Assembly (NCBI GenBank): GCA_007119965.1
Contig: SKOR01000044.1
Location: forward strand, 8,270-72,269
From: Syntrophomonadaceae bacterium
GTDB taxonomy: Bacteria > Bacillota > Dethiobacteria > DTU022
Reading direction: 5' to 3'
DNA length: 64,000 nucleotides
Part shown: in pieces, positions 10,225 to 20,372 of the stretch
Layout of the letters: each line of letters starts with the position of its first letter
Numbering within the stretch: position 1 is the stretch's first letter
Made by a program: the position numbers and the translations under genes
Notes under the pieces: generated by a model
Databases searched by the model: none
What the model was told of the DNA's origin: nothing
The model's input: the letters and a program-made list of their open reading frames with translations, nothing else

Positions 10225-11349
10225 ATGATGTTTATTGGCCAGAAAGAAGGACTTTTTATGCGCAGGGTTTCCCCTGGTATGGCCCGCCCCGGCATGATCT
10301 TAGCGAAAGGTATCTTAGGCAGCAATGGCCAGATCCTGCTCAGGGCTGGAGTTGAGATAAAAACTCAATACCTGGGTTACCTGAAAGGCCTGGGGATTGA
10401 ATATATTTACATCCGGGATAACAGGATTAATGATGTGCAGGTTGACGATATAATCATGGAAGAAACACGCCAGCAGGCCCGTGCCCTGATTAAGACAGTT
10501 ATGCAAAATGCAAAATCATCTCTTGCCCCGAATTTAAAAACAAAAAGCCTCAATATCTACAACGGGGAGATCGTCAGGACAGTAGTAAAAATTGTTGAAG
10601 AGTTGCTGGAAAATGAAGCGATGATGGTGCAGTTGATCGATATCAGGGCCAGGGATGAATATTTATTTGCGCACAGTGTAAACTGTGCGGTTATGGCAAC
10701 CCTGGTTGCGGTAAAAATGAAATATAATCCCGCCGAATTGAAATGCCTGGCGACAGGAGCCCTGCTTCATGATCTGGGTATGGTTGCCGTGCCGGAAGAT
10801 ATCCTCAACAAGCGCGAGTCGCTGACCGGTGATGAAAGGAAAACCATCGAGCGCCACCCCCTGTATGGTTATGAAATTTTTAAGAAAACATCTATTTTCA
10901 ATGCCTACGCCGGCACAGTAATTTTGCAGCATCATGAACGCTTCCAGGGGCAGGGCTACCCGCACGGTCTGACCGGACCGAAGATCAACCCCATGGCCCA
11001 GGTTGTCGGCATAGTTGATGCCTATGATGCCCTTACCTCAGAAAGGCCTTACCGGAAAGCTTATCCAACGCATAAGGCTGTGGAAATGCTCATGTCCCGG
11101 GGTGAAGAATGCTTCGATCTCAAGATCCTGCAAAGTTTCCTTTCTGTTATTGCAGCTTACCCGCTCGGTTTTCATGTCGTATTAAGCAGTGGTGAAAGCG
11201 GGTTAGTAATTGCCAATAATCCCGACTTTACGCTGCGGCCGGTCGTCAGGGTGTTATATACCGGAGAAGACCTGGCTCCCCATCCTGCACCTTATGACCT
11301 GGATCTTTCACAGGCCCTGAATCTGACCATTACAGAAGTCTTAAACTGA
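10225..11349 (+). CDS. HD-GYP domain c-di-GMP phosphodiesterase (single-domain type with N-terminal extension)
   Basis: The product has 'HDLGM', 'HHERFQGQGYP' (HD-GYP) and 'DAYDALTSERPY'. The start may be the internal ATG at 10261 (MRRVS). Confidence 0.85.
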   Translation: MMFIGQKEGLFMRRVSPGMARPGMILAKGILGSNGQILLRAGVEIKTQYLGYLKGLGIEYIYIRDNRINDVQVDDIIMEETRQQARALIKTVMQNAKSSLAPNLKTKSLNIYNGEIVRTVVKIVEELLENEAMMVQLIDIRARDEYLFAHSVNCAVMATLVAVKMKYNPAELKCLATGALLHDLGMVAVPEDILNKRESLTGDERKTIERHPLYGYEIFKKTSIFNAYAGTVILQHHERFQGQGYPHGLTGPKINPMAQVVGIVDAYDALTSERPYRKAYPTHKAVEMLMSRGEECFDLKILQSFLSVIAAYPLGFHVVLSSGESGLVIANNPDFTLRPVVRVLYTGEDLAPHPAPYDLDLSQALNLTITEVLN

Positions 11350-11380
11350 TCGGACAGACTAGTTATGGAGGTAGTCTTCG

Positions 11381-13198
11381 ATGGAAAATGATAAGCGGAA
11401 AGAAATAAGCAGTACAGAGGCAGAGCTTGATTTTCATAAAAACAGCAGTTTTTTTTCCGTGATCAGCGATTTCCTGGACTGCCTGGTGGTTATCCTCGAT
11501 CCTCAGGGCAGGATTGTATATTATAACCGGTTTTGCGAAGGCATTACCGGTCTTTCCTTTGAGCAGGTTAAAGAAGATTTCTACTGGGACCACTTTTGCC
11601 TGCCGGAGGAAACAGCCCTGTACAGGGCATTTTTTGCAAGTATTGATCCGGCGCGATGTCCTTTCGAACTGGAAACACAAATATTCCGGAAAGACGGGTC
11701 AGTTGCTACCATATTGTGGAAGCATAATACCATGCAAGGCCAAAATGGCACATTGCAATACCATATACTGACCGGAATAGATATAACCGCCTATAACAGG
11801 GCCAATAAGGCGCTTCAGGAAATTGGCGAGAAATACAGAACGATCATCCACGTTTCCCCGGTTACTGTTATTTCACTCGACTCAGATTGCAGGGTGAAAA
11901 ACTGGAGCTCTGCCGCAGAAAAATTACTGGGCTGGACAGAAAAAAATGTATTGGAAAAAAGCATATTCCTGTTTCTTAATGACCGGCAGGGAGTCCTTGA
12001 AAACTATTGCGGAAGAGCAATCCGGGGCGAGATATGCAATGATGTGGAGCTGACCTGTTTCCGCAAAGACGGCTCTGCCATTTGTGTCAACCTCTACCTC
12101 GCCCCGATACGCGATTATAACGGAATGGTTGAAGGTATTGTGATAATTGCCCTCGATATCACCGAGCGAAAGCGGGCCGAAGAAAAGATCAGCTATATGA
12201 GTTTTCACGATCAGCTCACCGGGGTCTATAACCGTCACTTCCTGGTTGAAGAACTGAAAAGACTTGATACGGCCAGGCAGCTGCCCCTGAGTGTAATTAT
12301 TGCCGATCTTAACGGGCTCAAGCTGGTAAACGACACTTACGGGCACCATGTGGGTGACGAGATGCTTACAACTGCTGCCGGTATTATCAGGAAATCCTGT
12401 CGGGAAGAAGATATTATCGCCCGCTGGGGCGGTGATGAATTTATGATTCTCCTGCCGAAAACTTCCCTGCAGAAGGCAAAGGCGGTCCAGGAACGAATTA
12501 ATGCCCACTGCTGCGGCATCTATGCCCGGGATATTCCTGTTTCTATCGCCTTAGGAGTGGCTGCCAAAGATAATGAGGCTATCAAACTGGAAGATACCCT
12601 GAGAGAAGCTGAAGACAACATGTATAACCACAAGCTGACTGATAGCCGCAGTACAAAAAAAGCTGTATTGTCTACCATGCTCAAAACCATTGCCGAAAAA
12701 AGTTTTGAAAAAGAGGCACATATCGTTCAAATGCTTGAGGTGGCGCAAAAGATCGGGCGGAAGTTAGACCTTACTGAGCAAGAGCTGAGCCGTTTAACCC
12801 TGCTGATCACCCTGCACGATATTGGTAAAATTAATATCCCGGGGGAGATCTTAACCAAGGAGGGGCCCCTGACTGCAGAAGAATGGGCAGTGATTAAAAA
12901 GCACCCTGAAACAGGCTATCGCATAGCGCGGGCCACCGAAGAGTTTGAACATGTTGCAGAAGAAATCGCGGCCCACCATGAACGCTGGGACGGCACGGGA
13001 TATCCGCAGGGCCTGAAAGGAAAAGATATTCCGCTCCTGGCCCGGATCACCGCAATTGCCGATGCTTATGAGGTAATGAGTAATGGAAGGCCTTACAGGA
13101 AAGCGATAAATAGCAGTGAAATAATTGCTGAATTTAAAAGGTGCTCAGGCACCCATTTTGATCCCGAGCTTGTTAAAGTTTTTATAGCGACACTGTAA
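11381..13198 (+). CDS. PAS-PAS-GGDEF-HD-GYP multidomain c-di-GMP turnover protein
   Basis: The 605-aa product has two PAS-like segments, GGDEF ('DLNGLKLVNDTYGHHVGD...RWGGDEF') and a C-terminal HD-GYP ('HDIGKINIP', 'HHERWDGTGYPQG'). Confidence 0.88.
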   Translation: MENDKRKEISSTEAELDFHKNSSFFSVISDFLDCLVVILDPQGRIVYYNRFCEGITGLSFEQVKEDFYWDHFCLPEETALYRAFFASIDPARCPFELETQIFRKDGSVATILWKHNTMQGQNGTLQYHILTGIDITAYNRANKALQEIGEKYRTIIHVSPVTVISLDSDCRVKNWSSAAEKLLGWTEKNVLEKSIFLFLNDRQGVLENYCGRAIRGEICNDVELTCFRKDGSAICVNLYLAPIRDYNGMVEGIVIIALDITERKRAEEKISYMSFHDQLTGVYNRHFLVEELKRLDTARQLPLSVIIADLNGLKLVNDTYGHHVGDEMLTTAAGIIRKSCREEDIIARWGGDEFMILLPKTSLQKAKAVQERINAHCCGIYARDIPVSIALGVAAKDNEAIKLEDTLREAEDNMYNHKLTDSRSTKKAVLSTMLKTIAEKSFEKEAHIVQMLEVAQKIGRKLDLTEQELSRLTLLITLHDIGKINIPGEILTKEGPLTAEEWAVIKKHPETGYRIARATEEFEHVAEEIAAHHERWDGTGYPQGLKGKDIPLLARITAIADAYEVMSNGRPYRKAINSSEIIAEFKRCSGTHFDPELVKVFIATL

Positions 13199-13392
13199 GG
13201 CACTCCGTTTATTGGTTTAATCCACCTGTATCTGCTCAGCCAACCTGCAGCTCCAGATCCTTTTGCAGGCGTGGGCAGATACATTCACCTGTTTTTTGAT
13301 TTGCCACGATCTTCATCGAAAAGCAGCGAAACTGTGAGCTAAAGTCCGATACGGGCAAGAGGCTTGTGAATATTTTAATTATTCAGGACTAT

Positions 13393-13420
13393 TGACAATT
13401 GTTTGCAGATAAACTATACT
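13393..13420 (+). promoter_or_regulatory. sigma-A-like promoter TTGACA-N16-TATACT
   Basis: TTGACA at 13393-13398 and TATACT at 13415-13420 sit about 60 nt upstream of a GGAGGTGGAG RBS and the ATG at 13482. Confidence 0.5.
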
Positions 13421-13481
13421 TAAGCCATCGGAATCATTTCAGATGTTTCCGAAGACCGTCATTCCCAGGGAGGTGGAGAAA

Positions 13482-13796
13482 ATGTTGGAGATGTGCACCC
13501 AGGAACGTGTTTGCCCTTCATGTAAAGGAAGTTTCTTCCCGGAAGAAAAGGTTGTTCACAAGACCTTATGCGGCGAAGATCTGGTATGTTCTCCGCCGGG
13601 GGAAGGTTACAAGGCGCCGGATTGCAAGACCTACGATTTCTGCTCAGAAAAATGTCTGGAAGAGTATGAGAGCAAGCTGCCAACCTGCGGCGTAGTTCCC
13701 GGTTGGAAACGTTACTTCGGCAGGATCAATAAAGTCGGCAGTTCAAGCGGTATTGCAGGAGCAAGGCCTCATCAACTGCGCAAGTATGGTAAGTAA
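13482..13796 (+). CDS. small Cys-rich zinc-ribbon / TRASH-like protein (104 aa)
   Basis: 'CPSCKG...C...C...YDFCSEKCLEEY' is a TRASH/YHS-like C-x2-C...F-C-S-x2-C arrangement. It has its own promoter and SD, and a rho-independent terminator follows. The overlapping ORFs in other frames (13399..13695 + and 13459..13683 -) are rejected. Confidence 0.55.
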   Translation: MLEMCTQERVCPSCKGSFFPEEKVVHKTLCGEDLVCSPPGEGYKAPDCKTYDFCSEKCLEEYESKLPTCGVVPGWKRYFGRINKVGSSSGIAGARPHQLRKYGK

Positions 13797-13820
13797 AAAG
13801 TAATTTGCCTCTTTATAAAT

Positions 13821-13867
13821 AGCCCGGCCTGAACCAATCTTTTGGAACAGGCCGGGCTATTTATTTG
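13821..13867 (+). terminator. rho-independent terminator
   Basis: The stem is AGCCCGGCCTG ... CAGGCCGGGCT (11 bp), followed by ATTTATTTG. Confidence 0.75.
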
Positions 13868-14318
13868 TTCTGCTTTAATAGCCGGATCTATAACCTTCGC
13901 AGATTTCAAATAAATGGCAGCATTACTTGTTAAAAATTTGCAGCGTGCATGCAAGAGGGTGTTTATTAGAAAAAAATATCAAAAAACCATAATATTAAAA
14001 TGTAACGGAGTTGTAACAGGCAGGTGCTATAATAAAGTTGATAGAAAAGGTAGCAATTATAATATAACAACACGATGCTTGAGAATCGGGCAAAATAACT
14101 TATGAGGGTGGTGCAAAAAACATCAGAAGAGGTCACAGGTATAGCCCGGCCGGACAGTACGCGAAAACATACCGGCCGAAGCATCTCTGACAAGTAGGCA
14201 ATAGTGATGGAATCTGATTATTTGTGATTACTAAAGCCAGGTAAAGTCACTGGTCAAACCGGCTCCACTTTATAAGAAGCAGATCTAATAGTTATTAATA
14301 GCAGGGAGGTTCATAAAC

Positions 14319-16877
14319 ATGAAATTCAACAAAATAAACTCTAAAGATATAAAGTCGTTAATTGCTGTTTTTATCGTAATATCAATGCTGCTGCTTCCCC
14401 TGGGCGCATTTGCAGGAAGTGGAGACGCAAGTGATGGTTCAGATACTTTAACCACCACAACCGGCAGCCCAGATGATTCAAACACTTCAGGCTCATCGGA
14501 CAGCGGAGATTCAGGCAGCACAGAAACCACCGACAGCAGTAATGATGGTGGAGAAAGCAGCCCAGGCAGTGATCGGGACTCAGAAAGCAGCGATGATGAA
14601 GCCGGAAAGGATGACGAAAGTGCAGATGACGGCACGGTTGAAATCAATACTACCGGCACTGAAGATGAAGAAGAAAATGAACCTGGTGCTGTAGAAGAAG
14701 GAGATAAGAAGGAAAGCACCTTCGATGACCAGGTTAGCGAAAACGATCAAGAATTAACAGCTGAAAATGCTGACGGAACCGGCACTGAAGAAAAAGGTGA
14801 TAAAGTTGTCGATGAAGAATCCGATGCACCTGAAACCGGAACCGATACTGTAGAAGATGATGAAGAAGCAACGGTTACTCCCATCCTGAAGAGCAATAGT
14901 GAATCAGACTCCCAGAAGCAGGGCAGCGATGATGAAAAGGAATCCGAAACCCCCTTTTCAGGCGATGATGATGAACAGGGAGCGGAAGAGCCAAATAGTG
15001 ACGGGTACGAGGATCAGAAGTTTGACGGCAACACATATTCTGCAGTAATAAAGCATATTGAAGAGCATGCAGACTATGATTCTGATTACGCAAAACATCT
15101 CGGTCTCGATGAGCTGCGATATTTTGAAGCGACGATAACCGAGATTGGCCAGAGCAGAATCGGTTCTGTTCAGATTACTGTTCCTGAAGGCTTCGATCTA
15201 AAAAATGAGGACTTCAGCTGGTCTTTTTCATCATTTGACAGTAACGCTTTTGCTGCCGGGGAATATAAGGACAATTGGGATGGCAGCATTGATGAAGATA
15301 CCGGTACCGTATCGCTATGGGCTAAGGCTGTTGATTATTACCTTTATTTCGGGGAATCGGTAACAGCCTTGTTTAAAGCTAAAACTCCTGCTGTCATAAG
15401 TCCGGAGGCCGAAGATAGGACTAAAGGCGAGCTGCCCGGATATGATGAAAATGGAGATTACAAGATTGGCATCTATGACTTTGAGCTGAGTGTTTGGACC
15501 AATGCCACAACAGATGAACTGGATGCAGGTGGAATCCGCATCCCCCTTTATGAAGATGGTTCAAATGCCGGAGACGGAACAGGAGTGGGAGTAAGCAATG
15601 ACCGCTTAAATACAATCTCGGAAGATCACTCGCTCACAATGGTTTGGGTCGGAGATGATGATTTTCATGAAGCACTGGAAGCCGCTACTGGTTATAACGT
15701 TATCGATAGTGCAGATAATCATCAGGGGCAAAGCAGTTACAGTGTAGTATTGAAAAGCGTAGTTGATGGTTCGCCCTCGACTTTCAACTTTGAGATTACA
15801 CACGATAAAGGGTCAGCGGGACAGAGTGCTCAGGCAATGGAAGAACTATGGATTATACTGCCTGCCGGTTTTGCTGCCGATGCCGGTTCTATCAGTAATT
15901 TGGCAGTTCAATATGATGATAACGGCGATATCACTACTGATTCAATCGAATTCGATTTTGCTAACGGCAGGATAGTTTGGAAGGGTAACTTAGGGCAACC
16001 AGAAATAACTGTATTTAATATAAGCTTTAATGCGACAGTTGGCCCTGATTCCGGTAATGTTTTTCAGACGGAAGCCCTGTGGTTCCCTAACGCAAATACC
16101 TCAAATAACGTTCCGAATTTGCATGCAAGTGAGGAACCGGCAGAAGTTGCTTTTCCGATATTCTCATCACAATCACTACCTTCTGAGCCGGTGGACGATG
16201 AAGGTTTTGAGGAAGATTTAAGCCCGACCGGTGATGAAAACGGCGGGGACGATAATAATATAATCCCCGGTGACGAACCAGTCGATGATCCTGACGATCC
16301 TGTCACCGGCACACCTGGCCTCACTGCTGCACCGTTGGGTGCCCCGGCTGCACCGGCCGCTGTCCCAGGGGCAGCACCTGAAGATGCACCGGCAGCTCCG
16401 GTGGAAGTTCCTGCGGAAGCAGCTGCCGAGGAAGCGCCGGTTTCGATTACTGAAGATTTTCCGCCGGAAGCACCACAGGTAGAGCCGGTTGCAGAAGCGG
16501 AAGCCGGAAGCTTTAATTTCTGGCCCCTGCTGCTGATCTTAATTCCCGCCCTGCTTTGGTTCCTGTGGGCCCGCCTGGTTTTGGTCCGCGTGCCAAACGA
16601 AAAAGGCGAGTATAGAACAGTAGCCCGCAAGCTAGCCCGGCGCAAAGATAAAAGGTGGTTTGTAGATGTTGAAAAACAACTGCAAGAATACCTGGAAAAA
16701 CACCGCGAAGTCCTGGTTGACTTCAGGGGCGGGCTGATCAAAGACGCTAAGAAGGCCGTATATTCTGGCGAGACAACCCTAAGTGAGGGTGAAAAGAGAT
16801 TCGCCCTGATAAACAGCCGGAGTTTCGTAAACTGGGTAGATGAGCTGAAAGAACGCACAGAGCGCATTGCAGGATAA
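14319..16877 (+). CDS. large secreted acidic cell-surface protein with C-terminal TM anchor and about 100-aa basic cytoplasmic tail; function unknown
   Basis: It has a signal peptide (MKFNKINSKDIKSLIAVFIVISMLLLPLGAFAGSG) and about 200 aa of D/E/S/T/G-rich low-complexity sequence. A roughly 350-aa middle domain follows, then a Pro/Ala-rich linker (PAAPAAVPGAAPEDAPAAPVEVPAEAAAEEAP). Next comes a TM helix (FWPLLLILIPALLWFLWARLVLV) and a K/R/E-rich tail. The upstream region is long and AT-rich. Confidence 0.7.
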   Translation: MKFNKINSKDIKSLIAVFIVISMLLLPLGAFAGSGDASDGSDTLTTTTGSPDDSNTSGSSDSGDSGSTETTDSSNDGGESSPGSDRDSESSDDEAGKDDESADDGTVEINTTGTEDEEENEPGAVEEGDKKESTFDDQVSENDQELTAENADGTGTEEKGDKVVDEESDAPETGTDTVEDDEEATVTPILKSNSESDSQKQGSDDEKESETPFSGDDDEQGAEEPNSDGYEDQKFDGNTYSAVIKHIEEHADYDSDYAKHLGLDELRYFEATITEIGQSRIGSVQITVPEGFDLKNEDFSWSFSSFDSNAFAAGEYKDNWDGSIDEDTGTVSLWAKAVDYYLYFGESVTALFKAKTPAVISPEAEDRTKGELPGYDENGDYKIGIYDFELSVWTNATTDELDAGGIRIPLYEDGSNAGDGTGVGVSNDRLNTISEDHSLTMVWVGDDDFHEALEAATGYNVIDSADNHQGQSSYSVVLKSVVDGSPSTFNFEITHDKGSAGQSAQAMEELWIILPAGFAADAGSISNLAVQYDDNGDITTDSIEFDFANGRIVWKGNLGQPEITVFNISFNATVGPDSGNVFQTEALWFPNANTSNNVPNLHASEEPAEVAFPIFSSQSLPSEPVDDEGFEEDLSPTGDENGGDDNNIIPGDEPVDDPDDPVTGTPGLTAAPLGAPAAPAAVPGAAPEDAPAAPVEVPAEAAAEEAPVSITEDFPPEAPQVEPVAEAEAGSFNFWPLLLILIPALLWFLWARLVLVRVPNEKGEYRTVARKLARRKDKRWFVDVEKQLQEYLEKHREVLVDFRGGLIKDAKKAVYSGETTLSEGEKRFALINSRSFVNWVDELKERTERIAG

Positions 16878-16969
16878 TCAGTACCGCAAAGTGCTTAAGA
16901 TAAACCGGGTAATCTAGCAGCGGTCGGCTAAAGATAACAGCCGGCCGCTTTCTTATATGGGCGGTTATT

Positions 16970-19717
16970 TCAATATTCTTTTGCCACTTCTTCCAGGAAG
17001 TATTTCACCGCTTGCGGGTCAAAGTGGCGGCCGCTTTCTTTTCGTATATAATCAAGGGCCGCTTCCCTTTTCCAGGCCAGCCTGTAGGGGCGGTTGCTGG
17101 TCAGGGCGTCAAAAACGTCAACCACGGTAAAGATGCGGGCTGCAAGTGGGATTTCCTCGCCCTTCAGGCCGCGGGGGTAGCCGCTGCCGTCCCACTTTTC
17201 ATGGTGGCAGTAGGGTATTTCCAGGGCCGAGCGAAGATAGCTGATCGGGGCCAGCAGTTCATAGGCAAATTTTGGGTGCTCCCGCATAACAGCCCACTCT
17301 TCATTTGTCAGTTTACCGGTTTTTAGCAAGATAGAGTCGGGGATACCCACTTTCCCGATATCATGCAGCAGGGCGCCCCGGCGAATGTGGATCAGCTCGG
17401 AGTCCGGGACTCCGATAGCTTTAGCCAGGTGGACGGCCATTTCTGTGACCCTTTTACTGTGCCCCTCTGTTTCATGATCGCGCAGGTCGAGGGCCCGCGA
17501 CCACCCCTCGATAGTAGCTTCATAGGACAAAGATAAATCAAGATTGGCCTGTTTGAGGTTGTCAAAGAGCTGGCTGTTGTAAACGGCAATGGCAGCCTGG
17601 TCGGCCAGGGCTTCTAAGAAATCGAGCCACTCTTTTTCATGGTTATAAGGTCGGGACTCGAAAGCAGCAAGCACTCCTTTAACCTCGTTTTTAACGATTA
17701 ACGGCACACTTATGCAGCACCTGAACTCTTCTGCGGCGAGCATTTGAGACCATCTGTTATCAAAATAAACGGCTGAGTCCCTGCTGATAATTGTGCGGCG
17801 CTCCCGGGCAGTTCTGGCGAGAGCATTTTCACCGGGTTTCAGGCGAACCTGCTCTAGTGCGTTTGTTTTAAAACCCTGCCCCGCAGCGAATTCAAGCTCA
17901 TTAAGCTGGGGGTTAAAGGTGAACACAGCAGCAGAATTAACATGGAGCTGGTTGACAACCTCTTTGAGAAGGACATCCATCGTCAGGTGGAAGTCCTGGC
18001 TGGTAGTTATTGCTTTATCAACGGCCCGTGTGGCCTCCAGTTTGTGCAGTTGGTATACTGTTTCCTCGTAAAGGCTGATCCGTTGGATGGCTGTTCCGGC
18101 CATTGCGGCCAGGGAAGAAAGCAGCTTAAGCTCCCCGCAGCTTATTTCGCGCGGGCTGGGAACGGAAACAGCTAAGACCCCCACTATCTTCTGCCCTGCC
18201 TGAAGAGGTAAAAATGTTCCTGCCCAGCCCGGCGGTATCTGGGTTCTAATATCAGGTTTAACAAGGGGATCCCCAGCCAGATCGCTGGTGATATAAGGTT
18301 TCCCTGACATGAATACTTTTCCGCTGACACCTTCGTCAGATTTCAGGTTTGCTTCATCCAGCTGTGAAAACCAACCGTGGGCTGCAGAGAAGTGCAGGTT
18401 TTCATTAGAGGTGTGGTAGAGCCAGATTGCCCCGGCTTCTGTGTTTATAGCGGCCAGGACTTCATCGAGCAGGATGGGCAGCATCTCTTCAAGGGTTTCG
18501 GCACTGCGCAGGGCGGATGAAACTTTATAGAGCGTTTCCAGTTCAGCAAGTCGTTTTTGAAGCGATTCTTCAGCCTTTTTGTGCTCAGTAATATCAGCAA
18601 CAGAAACCGAGACACGGGAATAGGTGCTTTCATGGTCTGACGCTACAGACCAGTGCACCTGAACAAACAAGAGTTCTCCCTCCAGGGTCAGGTGGGGCAA
18701 TTCAAAAAAAAGTTCTTTTTCCGACTCAGCAATCGCAAGCAGTATATCTATAAAGGCTTCATGTGATTCTTTTAAAAATATATTGTTGAATTTAGAGAAA
18801 AATTCTTCTTTGGATTTTGCTTTATACAAATTTATGGTCGCCCGGTTAACGTCGATGATTTGTACCAGGCCGGCCAATTCCTGCACTAAGTCCGGGTGCT
18901 GCACAAGATAAGAGCGCAGGTCCTGGTCTAACCTGTTTTTCAGTTCATCAATGCGCTGTTTAACTGCTGAGAAATCCTCTTCCCATAATGAAATCGGAGA
19001 ATCTTCAAATAGCTGGCGATATTTCCTTTCACTCTGCAGTAATATTTCCCGGGACTGCTTTTCTCTTTCCAGGTTATTCAGCCAGTGTTCAGTTTGCCGT
19101 TCGCTTTTTTTGTGATTCAGGTATTCATCCGGCTCAATGTAGTATAAGTTCCGGTAGGCCTGGGTGCCCCAGATTAACAGTGGATGGGTCAGCATGGCTC
19201 CTTTTATTGTTTCAGAGTCGTGTTTTGAGCGGTTATATTGGCAGAGCGCCAGGCAGGAGTAGCCGGGGAAAAAGTCGCGGTTTAGTTTTGCTTCGTATCC
19301 GAGCAGTTTTTCTGAACCAGATTTTTCGTGTAAAGCTGAACTTATTTCACCGGTTACCCGCAGGGCGGAGTATCCCTGGCTGAGGGCCTTTTCTGTTTCA
19401 GCGATCATGAAGTCAGGGTCAAAACAGCCTTCCCAGGTGGGGGTATCTTTCTTGTTGAATATGTTAAACTGACCCCTGTTTTCAGCTTCTGACAGGTCCA
19501 GACCGGCATCCAGAAAATAAGTTTTAACCTGTTGGTTAGAGGCATCATCAGCAACATAAATGCATTTCTCGTTCCGTTCAAAGCCTGAAAGGATGAAAGG
19601 GACGATTACCTCTACCCACTCTTCGTAAGAATTGTAAATAAGGCAAAGATGATCATGAGGCTCGAGAGAGGCCAAAAGTTCATTTAAATCAGGCGAAAAT
19701 TCCTTGTCGTGATTCAT
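16970..19717 (-). CDS. MEDS-PAS-GAF-GAF-HD-GYP multidomain signalling phosphodiesterase
   Basis: The 915-aa product starts with 'DHLCLIYNSYEEW...EKCIYV' (a MEDS-like domain). Coiled-coil/PAS and two GAF-like regions follow, then a C-terminal HD-GYP ('HDIGKVGIP', 'HHEKWDGSGYPRG'). Confidence 0.85.
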   Translation of the reverse strand: MNHDKEFSPDLNELLASLEPHDHLCLIYNSYEEWVEVIVPFILSGFERNEKCIYVADDASNQQVKTYFLDAGLDLSEAENRGQFNIFNKKDTPTWEGCFDPDFMIAETEKALSQGYSALRVTGEISSALHEKSGSEKLLGYEAKLNRDFFPGYSCLALCQYNRSKHDSETIKGAMLTHPLLIWGTQAYRNLYYIEPDEYLNHKKSERQTEHWLNNLEREKQSREILLQSERKYRQLFEDSPISLWEEDFSAVKQRIDELKNRLDQDLRSYLVQHPDLVQELAGLVQIIDVNRATINLYKAKSKEEFFSKFNNIFLKESHEAFIDILLAIAESEKELFFELPHLTLEGELLFVQVHWSVASDHESTYSRVSVSVADITEHKKAEESLQKRLAELETLYKVSSALRSAETLEEMLPILLDEVLAAINTEAGAIWLYHTSNENLHFSAAHGWFSQLDEANLKSDEGVSGKVFMSGKPYITSDLAGDPLVKPDIRTQIPPGWAGTFLPLQAGQKIVGVLAVSVPSPREISCGELKLLSSLAAMAGTAIQRISLYEETVYQLHKLEATRAVDKAITTSQDFHLTMDVLLKEVVNQLHVNSAAVFTFNPQLNELEFAAGQGFKTNALEQVRLKPGENALARTARERRTIISRDSAVYFDNRWSQMLAAEEFRCCISVPLIVKNEVKGVLAAFESRPYNHEKEWLDFLEALADQAAIAVYNSQLFDNLKQANLDLSLSYEATIEGWSRALDLRDHETEGHSKRVTEMAVHLAKAIGVPDSELIHIRRGALLHDIGKVGIPDSILLKTGKLTNEEWAVMREHPKFAYELLAPISYLRSALEIPYCHHEKWDGSGYPRGLKGEEIPLAARIFTVVDVFDALTSNRPYRLAWKREAALDYIRKESGRHFDPQAVKYFLEEVAKEY

Positions 19718-19822
19718 GCTGTCAGGGATTAGTCAGGCCCTCCAGTGGTGAAAGTTCCTATATTTAAACAAACCGGTAACAAGCCTGCGCGTCTTGCAGG
19801 ACTCAACAACCATTGCCAGGAT

Positions 19823-20038
19823 TCAGGTTGCGGTAGGATCCTGTCCCGGCTCAAAATCTTCCGGCGGCAGCGACGGCAGGTTAGTTAAATCTGCGCCGCA
19901 GTAGGGGCAAATCCAGGATCCTTCAATATCCGCTGAATGTGAAGCCCGCTCACAATTGGTGCATATTTTTCGATGCATGAAAACGGACCCTCCGTTCCAT
20001 TCAACCGTTATTGTAAAGCATAAATATAAATAGATCAA
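19823..20038 (-). CDS. small zinc-ribbon protein (71 aa)
   Basis: 'CTNCERASHSADIEGSWICPYCGADL' is a C-x2-C...C-x2-C ribbon. It lies in the divergent intergenic region between the two HD-GYP paralogues. Confidence 0.35.
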   Translation of the reverse strand: MIYLYLCFTITVEWNGGSVFMHRKICTNCERASHSADIEGSWICPYCGADLTNLPSLPPEDFEPGQDPTAT

Positions 20039-20372
20039 TAAATGCTATTTATATCTGCTCAGCTAAGCTGCCAGAAGAGATCCGGCTCACTTTGGAAACG
20101 TAAGCAGCTGCTATTTACTTAAGGGATCACCTGCTGGCTAAAGATTTAGCATTTCTTATATTATATCTTCGACACTCTGCACTGTAACCCTTTTGGGTTT
20201 TATTTATTGCGGTTCCTGCGGCCCGCTGTTAGCATTCACCGCCGGCTGAATCCGGTGTGGCACTTACCGTTCCGGGCGGTTGAGAGCAATTCTATCTATA
20301 TTTATTGAAGGAATCAGATTACCATTGTAGAAAAGGATTTAAAGAAGATTCAGGAGAGGCAAGGTAACTTTT

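Noticed and set aside
13399-13695. ORFs 13399..13695 (+) and 13459..13683 (-) overlapping the Cys-rich gene
   Set aside because: Promoter, SD and terminator all support the frame of 13482..13796. The alternatives are Arg-rich shadow frames.
16064-16867. 267-aa minus-strand Ser/Ala/Gly-rich ORF, and 14285..14719 (-)
   Set aside because: Both are antisense to the acidic surface protein gene. Their low-complexity composition mirrors the GA/GAT-rich codons of the sense gene.
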